Shown in pieces: positions 51,350-63,220 of a stretch of DNA of 64,000 nucleotides (position 1 is the first letter of the stretch; every line of letters starts with the position of its first letter). Origin of the DNA: Botryllus schlosseri (lineage: Eukaryota); the NCBI GenBank assembly GCA_051294905.1, contig CM119371.1, forward strand, positions 29,266,001-29,330,000, read 5' to 3'. A model generated the notes under the pieces. That model saw only the letters and a list, made by a program, of their open reading frames with translations, had not been told where the DNA came from and searched no databases. The translations under genes and the position numbers were made by a program.

Positions 51350-51663
51350 GCTGGGTGACTAAGGACTTGTACGGAATAGACCTTTGGTGTATTCACTTGG
51401 GATTGTAATTACTTCTGGAAATGCGACCTTTTCGAGCATCACGCACTTAAAAATGTTTATTGAACTATAAAAAATTACCCTCTAACCCTGGCGCTGAAAA
51501 CTTTTATATTATGACACGTGACCTTAGATGTGTAAACCAGAATTTCTGAAATTTAACGTTTGAATTGATTTACTATTTGCGTACGTCTGTAGGAGGGGTG
51601 CTTGAAGTTGCCGTAACTCAAAAGCAACTCAACTCGTGTTTATTTCGGGTAAACTAAAAAGCA

Positions 51664-51721
51664 TGACCCCGAAGGGACTCGAACCCTCAGTCAGACGCCT
51701 TATGCATTAGGCCACGAGGCC
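51664..51721 (-). pseudogene. Anticodon-deleted tRNA-Arg (58 nt)
   Basis: Identical to 45998-46055. Confidence 0.85.
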
Positions 51722-52818
51722 GAACCATGGCTGGTCGAGTCATTTATGTCACCACTCAAAATCCGTGCAAAACTATCGCATTAATATTGTTTTTCAATTA
51801 AAAATCCTTTCAACGCGATTGAACACCATTCCATATCTCTAGCACAGGATTCAATGCAATAGTAGGTGAAGATATTTTACCGAACCTATTCCGCAGGGCC
51901 GACATCTTTGACCTGTTTCTGGAAGATAGCAATTGTTTATGGTTAAACTGACAAGCATGTGATTTTTCTACGTATGCGCGAAGCTCAGTACTCCAGTCTA
52001 TTAACGGGCTGCCTAAATTTGTAACCCGGTTGCTAAGGATGATTGTGGATAGCGCTTTTTGAATGGAAATTAAAAAGTTTGGCCCAAAGGTACTCGAGCT
52101 CGTAACCCCTGACACGCGTCGGACGCCATGTTCATTAGGCCGCGTGGTGCGTATCAAATGAGGAGGTCAGGTCTTTGACGTCATGCATCCAAATTCATGT
52201 AAAACTATCGCAATAATATTGTTTATCAATGGAAAACCCTTTGAACTCGGATATACTGGTATCGATCTTGCACTACTATACGTTACGAAGCAGGAACAGT
52301 CATCATATTTGTCACATCATTGAAGTATTTGGTTTTGCCCAATATTCCATATATCTACCAAAGGCTCCAGTGCTGTAGTGCTGGAAGTTACTTTACTAGA
52401 CTTATTCTGCAGGCCCGACATCAGTGACCTGTTTTTGAAATATAACGGTTGATTGTGGTAAACTAAAATAAACTGTGATTTCTGCAGATATGCGTGAAAC
52501 CTGCGTCGCCTGATTTATTCATGGACCGCGTAAATCTGTAACCCGGTTACGAAAGACGATCGTGGATAGCGATTTTTGGATGGAAACTAAAATGGTTAAC
52601 CCGAAGGGACTCGAACTCTCGCGAACTCGTTGTTCATTTAGGCGGCGCTGGGCGTATCAGAACCGAAAACGATTGTCGTCAGAATTGATATCATTGCCGT
52701 AAAAAGGAGTGAAGTTACTTATTCCAACCCGCATCGTGGGTCCGAAATTTACGACATGCTGTTTGAAATGACAATTTGATGCGTGTGCGAAGTTTGATTG
52801 AGGAGAAAATAAAAAGTG

Positions 52819-52889
52819 CGACCTCGAAGGGACTCGGACCCTCAATATTCTGATTCGTATTGACACTCCTTATCAATTGGGCCACGAGT
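52819..52889 (-). pseudogene. Degenerate tRNA-Arg(ACG)
   Basis: Copy of 47152-47222. Confidence 0.75.
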
Positions 52890-53283
52890 GATACGATGTG
52901 ACATAATTGTGCGGAATACGTCTTCACGTGCAGACTCGGTCAACTGGATAATGCTAGCTGTCTAATTTCACTAAATTAGAGCGAAAGCAGGCTATCCCAA
53001 GCCATTTCGCACAGAAGAGACTCTAATCCTGCTCACCGTAACTCCTCCGCAACTCCACCTTTATGGTCTGCTTTTGAAAGATTATGCGTTAAGGTTCGTG
53101 TTTATTTTGGTTAAACCAGGTGTAAATGATATAGAACATCAAAATTTGTCGTCAAAATCGATGTAATATCCGTGTACGTGCTTAGGGTTAGGTAATGCGA
53201 CATGTTCTGCATGTCTGACATGTATGGTATGCCTTTGAAATATGACAAAATGAAGGTTGTGCTCTTTTTTTATACTAAAAGCG

Positions 53284-53356
53284 TGACCCCGAAGGGACTC
53301 GAACCCTCAATCTTCTGATTCGAAGTCAGACGCCTTATCCATTAGGCCACGAGGCC
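53284..53356 (-). tRNA. tRNA-Arg(TCG)
   Basis: Intact consensus copy. Confidence 0.95.
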
Positions 53357-54096
53357 GCGCTGCAGGTGGTGAGATCTTTGACGTCACGCATCGAAATTTA
53401 TGTGAAACTATCGCATTAATATTGTTTTTAAAATTAAAACCCATTTGAACGCGGATGTACGGGTATCGATATTGCACTACTATGCGTTACGAATTAGGAA
53501 CAGTCATCATATTTCTCACATCATTGAAGTATCTGAGTTTGCCCACTATTCCATATCTCTACCAAAGGATTCAGTGCTGTAGTGCCGTATTTACTTTACC
53601 TAACTTATTCTGCAGGCCCGACAATTTATAGAGTTGTTCAAAAATAACTTTTTTCCCGGATTCCGGACATTCACTGATTAAATTGTCAGGTTACCCTTAA
53701 AAACGCTGCACACCAAATTTGGTTCAATTTTAACCAGTATAAGTCCCCGCAGAGTGAATTTAAATTTTTAATTTATCACGATAAATTAATAGAAAAGTTC
53801 TAAAATTAGTAGGTAAACCCCCTGGAATTGGGGCGTTGTCTTCAAAAAGGATGCAAAACAAATATGACTCAATTCTAACCCTACGGGAGCTATTAGAGAT
53901 TTTCATATATAATTCTGGGATTATCCACCGACAATGCCGTCAGAACCGAGAGCTTTTGTCTTCAGAATTGAATTCATTGCTGTGGAAAGGAGTGAAGTTA
54001 CCTTATCCAACCCGCATAGTGGGTCTGGAATTTATTGTATGCTGTTTGAAATGACAATTCAAGGCTTGTACGCAGTATTAGAAGAATTAAAAGGAA

Positions 54097-54169
54097 TGAC
54101 CTCGAAGGGACTTGAACCCTCAATCTTCTGATTCGTAGTCAGACGCCTTATCCATTGGGCCACGAGGCC
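54097..54169 (-). tRNA. tRNA-Arg(ACG)
   Basis: Intact; identical to 51277-51349. Confidence 0.9.
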
Positions 54170-54483
54170 GCTGGGTGACTAAGGACTTGTACGGAATAGA
54201 CCTTTGGTGTATTCACTTGGGATTGTAATTACTTCTGGAAATGCGACCTTTTCGAGCATCACGCACTTAAAAATGTTTATTGAACTATAAAAAATTACCC
54301 TCTAACCCTGGCGCTGAAAACTTTTATATTATGACACGTGACCTTAGATGTGTAAACCAGAATTTCTGAAATTTAACGTTTGAATTGATTTACTATTTGC
54401 GTACGTCTGTAGGAGGGGTGCTTGAAGTTGCCGTAACTCAAAAGCAACTCAACTCGTGTTTATTTCGGGTAAACTAAAAAGCA

Positions 54484-54556
54484 TGACCCCGAAGGGACTC
54501 GAACCCTCAATCTTCTGATTCGAAGTCAGACGCCTTATCCATTAGGCCACGAGGCC
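54484..54556 (-). tRNA. tRNA-Arg(TCG)
   Basis: Intact copy at the array slot where the other units carry the deleted form. Confidence 0.95.
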
Positions 54557-55215
54557 GCACCGAAGCTGATCGGATCATTTACGTCAACACTCAATATTCA
54601 TGCAAAATTATCGCATTAATATTGTTTTCAATTAAAAATATTTTGAACGCGATTGGACTGGTATCGATCTTGCACTACTGCGTTTGGAGCAGGAACAGTC
54701 ATCATATATGTCACATCAATGAAGTATTTATTGGCTTTGCCCACTATTCCATATGCAATGCAGTAGTGCGTGAAGTTATTTCAGCCAACCCATACTGCAG
54801 GCCGACATTTGTGACCTCATTTTGAAAGATAACGATTTATTATTGTTAAAATAAAAAGCATGCGATTTTTGTATATATGAGCGAAGCTCAGTAATCCAGT
54901 ATACTCATGGGCCGCTTAAATTTGTAAAGCGGTTGCGAAGGTTGATTGTGGATGGCGCATTTTGGATAGAAACTTAAACGTTTCGCCCGAAGGGACTCCA
55001 ACTCCCAACCTTCGACTCGACGTCGGATGCCTTGTCCATTTAAGCCACGCAGTGCGTATCAGAACCAGAAACGTTTGTCTTCAGAATTGATTTCATAACC
55101 GTAGAAAGGAGTGAAGCTACCTAACCAACCCGCATCGTGGGTCCGAAATTTGTGACCTGCTGTTTGAAATGACAAATTGAGGCTTGTACGCTGTTGGAGG
55201 AGAAGCTAAAAAGTA

Positions 55216-55288
55216 TGACCTCGAAGGGACTCGAACCCTCAATTTTCTGATTCGTAGTCAGACGCCTTATCCATTGGGCCACGAGGCC
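55216..55288 (-). tRNA. tRNA-Arg(ACG)
   Basis: Intact; one variable-loop substitution; T-run terminator. Confidence 0.9.
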
Positions 55289-56445
55289 GCCACGGTGACG
55301 TCCATAACCTCAGATTTATCATGTCAGGATCGAGGTTGTTTTCGTATTGTGTGTGAAGTGAATCTATGTAAGCCAACCCAACTCGAAGATGACGAATTGA
55401 GCGGCGACAAATTAAGGGGTTACAATGTGGAATTGTAGTTGTTAAGTTCAATGCAATTTCTTCCGTACTGATGAAATAAAAAATTATATCAGATAGAACC
55501 ACGAATTACATAAACTCTGACCAAGTAAAACCCTTGCAATAGTGCGACATGCCTTACCAACTGGATATTGAGACCCCAGCCGGTAGCATAATAATACTAC
55601 TTCATCAACCGGGCGGTGTGCAGAATTATCATGATGAAAGGTAAACATTTAATTTGAAAGTAGCAACCCGATTATGGCGTGCAATTACCATAATATACTC
55701 TATCGGCAATGTCTATAAACTAAAGCGTTTCATTGCGAATACTGCTTATTTAGCAAGTATTGGATCATTTCGAGAAGTTTTAAATGGAATATCGTTGACA
55801 GCACGCCCTGTTTTAAATATCTATATAGTTCTTTCCTGAAATTCCCAAATTATCCGCGGAACACCTGAAATTCAGTAGCACATTTTGTGAATTCACTATG
55901 TCAGTGCGATCACAATTTTGATGACGATTACAGCAATATGTCGCAGTAATCGATTTACGATAACATAGAAATGTATAATCAGTACTATTTATCATTTCGG
56001 TACCGACGAATTTGTGCCAGATCGCATGCGATGTCGCACATGCGCTTGGGTCTACGTTTTCAGTGATCTCCTTGTCACATATGACGAGTAAACGTATTGA
56101 TTGTTGAGCTTGGTCTGGATAGGATGGTCCTCAATATTCTGTGGCTATTTTGCACTTCTTATCTACTACGCTACGTGGCCTTGCAGGTGTAAACGAGAAC
56201 CTCGAAATTTGTCGTCAGAATTGATGTAATATATTCGTGTACTCTACACAAGTACATCGCGATCAGCGTGTAATTGGATCTTCAATTGACCTCAGTGGCA
56301 ATATGGGTTTGACGGAGGTAGAAAAGAGATATAGGCTGAAGTTTTCAAGCAAACCAAAGTCATATCATCCAAGAATGGATATAAAGGCCTGCTTTTGAAA
56401 GATGACAAATTGAAGGTCGTGTTATTTTTGTTAAGCGTAAAAGCA

Positions 56446-56518
56446 TGACCCCGAAGGGACTGGAACCCTCAATCTTCTGATTCGAAGTCAGACGCCTTAT
56501 CCATTAGGCCACGAGGCC
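56446..56518 (-). tRNA. tRNA-Arg(TCG), B-box variant
   Basis: Full length; T-loop TTCCAGT (G57C). Confidence 0.7.
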
Positions 56519-56902
56519 ACATGTCGTCGGGTAGAACCGAAAGGCTTTCTTCTCAAATTTCCGTAATTATCGTACCGTACATATATGAGTACGGCTATAT
56601 TAACTAGCCTACAGCGTGGAACTTAGATTTATGACCAGCTCTTCGACAATGACGAAATAAGGCTGAGAATTTACGATAACTTTATTGTACGAGCTCGAAG
56701 CGACTCGAACCCGCACGCCTTATCCACGATCCACTTAGTAGGATCAGAACTTCATATCTGTAATGTCAGAATGAAGGCAATTTTCGTAAATGTGCGCGAA
56801 GCTAAGTAAACTGATCCAACAGATTTCGTGGGCGACAACTTGTGACCTACTGTTCGAAAATGACGAATTGAGCGTGTGCATTTTGTGAAGAACCAAAATG
56901 CA

Positions 56903-56976
56903 TGATCCCACAGGGACTCGACACCTCAATCTTCTGATTCGTCGTCAGACGCCATATCCATTGGGCCATACGGGAC
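56903..56976 (-). pseudogene. Degenerate tRNA-Arg(ACG)
   Basis: Anticodon arm recognisable (G33); T-arm and acceptor stem decayed. Confidence 0.7.
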
Positions 56977-57066
56977 CTACACGACTTGCGTAAGGGCCAC
57001 AATTATATTTGTTCATAGTTGAGGAAATATTCGTGGATACATTCGTTTTGATTAAACTAAAACAAT

Positions 57067-57139
57067 TGACCCCGAAGGGACTCGAACCCTCAATCTCCTG
57101 ATTCGAAGTCAGATGCCTTATCCATTAGGCCACGAGGCC
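57067..57139 (-). tRNA. tRNA-Arg(TCG)
   Basis: Full length; G26A and A43G (wobble pair retained). Confidence 0.85.
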
Positions 57140-57356
57140 ACGCGTTAGTCCGTGCAAAACTTGGGTCGAAATCTGAAATAGGCCTACTTGTCTCTGATAC
57201 AGATGAAATCAAAGGTATATAACATATAGGCCAATAGCCTCACCCCTGTACGAATTGTCTACAAGCATCGTGGAGTATCGATAAAGATTCAACAATATGA
57301 CTGCACAAGGGCACAGTGTAGACGTAGAGTTACATTATTGTCGCTAGACAGTTACA

Positions 57357-58178
57357 CAGGGGCGGTCAACCCGTGGACCGCGGGCCACTTGTGACCCGCG
57401 AGGTCATTTTTGAAATCATAGTTATATTATCGAAAAATAATTAACCAGGTAATTTATTGTGAACTTGTAAGGCCAACCAAAAATTTGATTAGCCAGACCG
57501 TGAAATTTGGGCTGTTGATGGCTTATATATCAGTTCCGACGCATTAGCGAGCCATGGTCCAGCCACATTTTCGTATATCTTAGTATATATGACCATAAAT
57601 TAGAATGCTTCGCGGCAGATTTGTTTGACTTGAAATTTTTCTTAAAATTTGATGAGATTGATTGTCACCCGCTTTCTTTCTCCAAGTATTGGTACCCTCG
57701 CCAGAGTTGAGTCTAACTACGTTTGCAATTATGGAAGAACGTGCCGTCCAACATGCGACTTCGCGTGTACGCTCGTAGAAATATCGTCGGGGATGAAACC
57801 TTGGCACATAATGATAGATGCAATGTTCGCCGAAACCTTCGATATTGATATGTTCAAGCGCCTAATAATCCTATCCTTTCTAAATCAGCCCAGCCGTATA
57901 ATACAGAGGCAGCCCGCAAAACATTCAAGCAACAATAGTATTGACATTTATTATCTCTGCGAAATTTTCGCGCATTTCGCGGTAACGACATTAATGCACA
58001 CTGAGTTTTCATGACATAATTGTTATCAATTTTTAGGCGTAATAAAATAAGTCTTGTTTTCACCGTTACCATATCCGGTTCGCTCCTATTTGGCGACTAA
58101 TAAAATGTCATCAGAGTGGCCCGCGCAAATGTTCGTAAGTCTCATGAGGCCCTTTTTCGAATAGGTTGGCCACCTCTG
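57357..58178. mobile_element. hAT-like MITE related to 29169-29826
   Basis: Ends caggggcggtcaacc / ggttggccacctctg; shared internal motifs in inverted orientation; TSD unclear. Confidence 0.6.
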
Positions 58179-60079
58179 GGTTACCGGCACACACGTCAAC
58201 CCTATAAACGATGTGATTATTATCTTCACCCTGTGTCTCTAGGTCTTGCGGCGAAAAATTCAGAAAAGAGCCGATGAGAGACGTAGGCCAACTCAGAGAG
58301 GGAAATGAATAAAAACAAAAAGACAGCTGAAAAAACATTAACTTCGAACACTGTTACATCGGGCACCGGGGCGAGGTGGATGACTGATCGTTTCGGCATC
58401 CTAATATATGTTTATCACAGCGCATTGTGTCTTGTGTATCGCATTGTACATGATGCGTCTTGACGAGATAAAATAATATACGAGGATCGGGGCATACTGC
58501 TTCAGTGAAATCGGTTGCGATAATATTACTTACAAAAACTGTGATCACTATTACGAATGTACAGTAAAATGTCGCAATAATCGATTACTATTACATGGAG
58601 AATATCATCCCTAATTATTCATGATTTCATTCATTTTACTTCCTTGAGCTTGATACTTGAAATGTGTTCGAAGACAACAGGGATTGAGATGGGACAGAAG
58701 TATAATGAAGAGAATATTTGAAAGTTGCAGCGTCAGTTGCTTGTACGTCATGTGTATACATGTAAAAAAAATCACTAACAATCCCTCTGGTCAGCACCTA
58801 TAGGTAGCCTAATACAATGCACACAATATGATTTTGGTATACTTGAATAAACGTTGTCGCGACTTTACTACCATCCGAACCACTGCTGTTATAAAAGGAT
58901 TATACATCTTAAAGTTTAAATTTTCAAAATATATCTGGAAACATTAAATTTATTAGTTGGCCATCGTGGGAATCACGGGTTTACAACACGTTATTTTTTG
59001 TGTCTCATCGTTTCTGATCTAGTCATATCCGTGTACACAATGGTATTTGTTTACATCCAGCCAGTTCCATTTCGGACCTGAATTGGACATGGGGGATACA
59101 TTTTCGCAATACACTATATCTTTCAGACTATGCATATAATTACGAGTGTAAGTCTATGCTATACCTAAACTATATGGCGCTGGAATAAGTCACGCTATGA
59201 TCATTTCCGCGGGATGTCAGATTGTGTCGCATTGATGTTAATTGACCTTGATGCTCTAACCGCAAAAGAAAATATGATATCGAACACAGCATGCGGCTGG
59301 ATGCTAAAGTGATCTGTGAAATCTTCTGGGAATTACGTGTAATTTCAAAACCCATGGCGGCAAACAAGGGTTCGAGATATTTATGGAGGCTTTTTGTGTA
59401 CGAGCGCTATGTCTCGTATAAATTAAATGTGGAATATTATGCTGCATAATACGCTACATGCGTGTGTGCGGCTGTAATATACTGTGAGTGGTTTCGGTGT
59501 GCCTATAAGTTCCTGGTAACAGAGCCATCAAATAAACTGCCTAGCACGTCACGCTTCAATCAAAGCGTAAATACAAGAAGGCGCCACTATAATTGAGTAT
59601 GTATAGAATCCTGCATATATTATTTGATAGTACTGACCGAATTCAACCACAGATCGTGCATAAATGATCTCTCTCTGCTTAAATTTATTTGCTTGCCCTT
59701 GTTATATGAATATTTACAGCAATTTCATGAGCGATATCGTGCACGTTCCCTCACAAGGCTCTGCTAGAGAGTAGTATATGGATGTTCCAAATGATAACAG
59801 CATAGGCAAACTTGGCGATGACTTGAATGAATTCAACAGCATTAAACGCGGTTTCGATGTCGAATATCACGCAGATTGCAATGTAATTCTGATATTTATG
59901 AAATGAAATTGAGTTTTTACTAGTTCCGTATTTTTCAATCCAGGTTGCTGTCAACGCTGGTTTTATATCTGTAATGTTAGCTCAAGTAACAAAGAGAGAG
60001 AGACAGGAAGAAAATAATGAAAACAAAACAGACATATGGCCCAGAAACTGACAGAAAATAACAGCGATGACGATTATAC

Positions 60080-60189
60080 CTGTTGTATAGTACAATATCT
60101 GGCAACCATATCTTCTTCGCTGGTATTCTGATGTTATCTATGCCGTCGTACTTTCTTGGGATCCAAGTTAGCCCTGCATCTCGCCACTC
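60080..60189 (-). CDS. nAChR-like subunit, canonical 110-nt exon
   Basis: caacag acceptor, AG|gtataa donor; EWRDAGLTWIPRKYDGIDNIRIPAKKIWLPDIVLYN. Confidence 0.95.
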
Positions 60190-60387
60190 CTGTTGATATG
60201 ATTGGGGATATAGGAAAATGTTACAACCTGATAACTTGAAGCACATGTTTGAGCTCCACCAACTTGTCTATATAGGTGATATCCGTATATATGAGTGAAC
60301 TTACGTAAACCAAGCTGCTAGTGAGTCAGTCGTGAGATTTGTGACCTGGTTTTCGAAAATGACGAGTTAAGAAGAAACACATAAGCT

Positions 60388-60460
60388 TGACCTCGAAGGG
60401 ACTCGAACCCTCAATCTTCTGATTCGTAGTCAGACGCCTTATCCATTGGGCCACGAGGCC
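60388..60460 (-). tRNA. tRNA-Arg(ACG) in the preceding intron
   Basis: Intact consensus copy; no immediate TTTT terminator. Confidence 0.9.
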
Positions 60461-61867
60461 GGTATCATACTCGGAATGGTAGATCTATATAATCTCACAA
60501 TCGAGGTCATTTTCGTAATGTACGTGAATCTGCGTAACCCAATCCTACCCAACCTATTTGGCGGGCCCGAACTTGTGACTTGATCTGCGATAACTATTTA
60601 TTTTACTACATGGAAATATCCATCTGTGGCGATGACAGTAGGATTACCATATTCTTAGATCCGACTTTATACGAAGTCACAAAAGACCCCACGCATAACC
60701 AGTTAAGGTTGGCCTTTTATTTTTGTCAACCTTGCTGTCGAAATCCATATTTCACGTCTAGCATGGATTTTTTTTGCTTGTCTGTAGGATCGCCTGACTT
60801 TCAACGCTATAAAGTAGGACGAATTGCGAAAAAGGAGGACATATGGTAACCATAGATAACAGTAACTTACGATTTCACAATTCTACACATTGTATTGTTT
60901 TGCCATTGGCTGTACCGTCACAGAAAGATATTCCACAAAGTAACATTTTATGCGAGTTGAATGCGGCGTCGATTCAGCCCAGTTACGAACCTGACCCTTT
61001 TGAAAGATTGCTAAAGGATATTTTGATATAATAATCGATTGAAAATTATACGACTTTTCTGACACTGTATACTACCGTATCAACGAATAGGCATGTTAAC
61101 GATATTGCGGTCCAGCGGATCAGAATTTGCATCTAGCATTACGAATCAATAAACAATCTTCTTATCATAATCGCTTGTGGTAACATGAACATATTAACAA
61201 AACGACATTGATGAAAAAATGTTAGAAACCCAGAAAGCTGACGTGCCTCGTTGTCAGATGAAGGTATATATGCTAGTAGCATTCTACAATCTACGACATC
61301 TACGGCAGTGGTTCTCGACCTTTTTCACCTCGCGGTGAAAAAAATTTCAGAAAATATATGGCGGACCGGTGGACTTTCAAAAATCGAAATTAACCCAAAG
61401 GATGCCACCATGTGATGTTACGGTAGTGAGTCTACTGAGTCGAGGTAAAGTTATCTTGACCAGAGAAACATGCTACCACCGGGAGTCGTTCATAGTCTTT
61501 CGTGCCGAAAGCCGTGGCTTTAGCCGACCACGCTAACTCCAATATTATTCTTCCCTTCGACAATATCGAGAGAAGAAGCGTTTTGGAGTCTATATAAGCA
61601 CCTTGTCGTGCTACCTTGCCCACTACCACCAGGCGTAGGCTACTCTGGCTACTACGAATATAATGCGCCGCACCAAAACCCCTGACAACAGTTACGCCCT
61701 ACAAGTAATTTACTTCTAAGTGAAGCAGCTGTTCGCGCGTGCTTATGGTGACACTTAATGGTGCAGGGAGAGGAAAATATATCGGATGTAAGACTAAATA
61801 ACCTTGCCAAGGCTTATTCTGACACATATTCTCCGCCTTTTTACCTGTAACACAATTATAACTTTAC

Positions 61868-61912
61868 CTGGCGTATCGAGAGAAAGCAGGAGAACGTCTG
61901 GGCTCGCTCGTC
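61868..61912 (-). CDS. nAChR-like subunit, canonical 45-nt exon
   Basis: ttttcag acceptor, CAG|gtaaag donor; DERAQTFSCFLSIRQ. Confidence 0.9.
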
Positions 61913-62527
61913 CTGAAAATACAGTATAAAATCTATTTTGGTACATCTCTTGGCAGGCCCGCATGAGTAGGATATATACTTGCTTAGTTTTAACGATATA
62001 TATCAGATCCTATAACTAACAGCACAATACTGTGATACTAAGATGAGATTGGAACGAGTTGAAACTACTTGGTGAATTGTCATCACCTCATAGTATGTTC
62101 GTTCATGCAGTATTTACAGGTTACAAATAAACTCATGTAAATTTAGGTTACAATCTCAGAGTAAATATCGGAAGATGTGGATATTATTATAATAACTCAG
62201 TTTAGTACTGCTAGGTGTGCGTATTGTATATTACAGATTCAGTCAGTTGCGATGTTAGGCCTGCACCACAATCCATGGGGTAATTTCATTGCTACAAATT
62301 TATCTATTATTGTCTAATTCCATTGCGGCTATATGCTATATGCAGTATACACCATATCAGACATATACATATCGCATGCTGAATTCGAGCAGTAAAGTGA
62401 TGTAACAATACTCAGATAATATCTAATTTGTTAGAATATAGCATGCCAACGTTCTGGTTTTATACTGAAATATAACTTATGCGAATTATCCACGTGTTAT
62501 AGATCCGAGAAAACTACCATGCCTCAC

Positions 62528-62673
62528 CAGTTCAATTATTTGATGTAAAAATACCGTGAGATTAACCGAAAGGACGTTGTTAGTGTCGTTCACGGGTCTG
62601 ATGTCCTTTTTGTAATCCAAATACATATCGTAGACAAGTTTTTGTGCGTATCTCCTATCGGCCGCGAAGGAAT
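62528..62673 (-). CDS. nAChR-like subunit, N-terminal helix exon
   Basis: ctttcag acceptor, CTG|gtgagg donor; SFAADRRYAQKLVYDMYLDYKKDIRPVNDTNNVLSVNLTVFLHQIIEL. Confidence 0.92.
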
Positions 62674-62783
62674 CTGAAAGCAAAGTGTCGTGGAACTTGA
62701 TTATTCATATTATAGCGTTGTACAAAATTGTCCATACAAAGCATTGCCGTGGTTACACAAGTATAGCAGGAAAGTATCGTGAC

Positions 62784-63220
62784 TAGGGCAAGTTTTGTTG
62801 CAGTTAAATCCATGGAAAGTTGCATTTACTTTTGACAAAATTGCAGTAAAAAGTTGCATTTATTTTCTCACAAAAGTTGCACTAAAAGGCCACATTTTGC
62901 TCGGTTGACTAAACAAAAGGTCAACTTCTCAGTTCCACTCCCGAAATACAGTTTTCCATCCGGATTCTCAAAGGGTCAACTTTCCGGCTCAGCAACCGAA
63001 ATACCCATGAGCCGTGTATTTCACCAAAATCGAAAATTCTTTCATGAAAAATCGAAAAAGTTGCAGAATGTTGCTAAAAGTTGCATGAAACCAAATGGAC
63101 AAAAGTTGCACTATAAGATTCTTTCAAACAGCTTAAAACAGCATTCTACATATCTTCCGAGTATTTAGGAAGCTGCCGGAAGCTGTAAAAAAGTTGCAAA
63201 AGTTGCAAAAACTTGCTCTA
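62784..63220. mobile_element. hAT MITE, same family as 37434-37974, inverted
   Basis: Ends tagggcaagtttt / aaaacttgctcta; TSD atcgtgac / atcataac. Confidence 0.8.

Larger units (their letters stand above)
44600..54620 (-). repeat. Tandem array of about 3.5 units of 2.82-2.85 kb carrying tRNA-Arg genes and relics
   Basis: TCG genes at 44768/47617/50464/53284 and ACG genes at 45592/48438/51277/54097 (spacing 2820-2849); near-identical spacers and recurring translated ORFs. Confidence 0.95.

Noticed and set aside
46144..54131. Recurring ORFs (MIRTTRPNEH..., MSIRIRILRV..., MSSKRMQ...)
   Set aside because: They recur only because the DNA unit is tandemly duplicated; they cross tRNA relics and show no protein motifs.
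44600..54620. Regularly recurring ~73-nt repeats as a CRISPR-like array
   Set aside because: The repeats are tRNA cloverleaves, the spacers are themselves duplicated, the context is eukaryotic and there are no cas genes.
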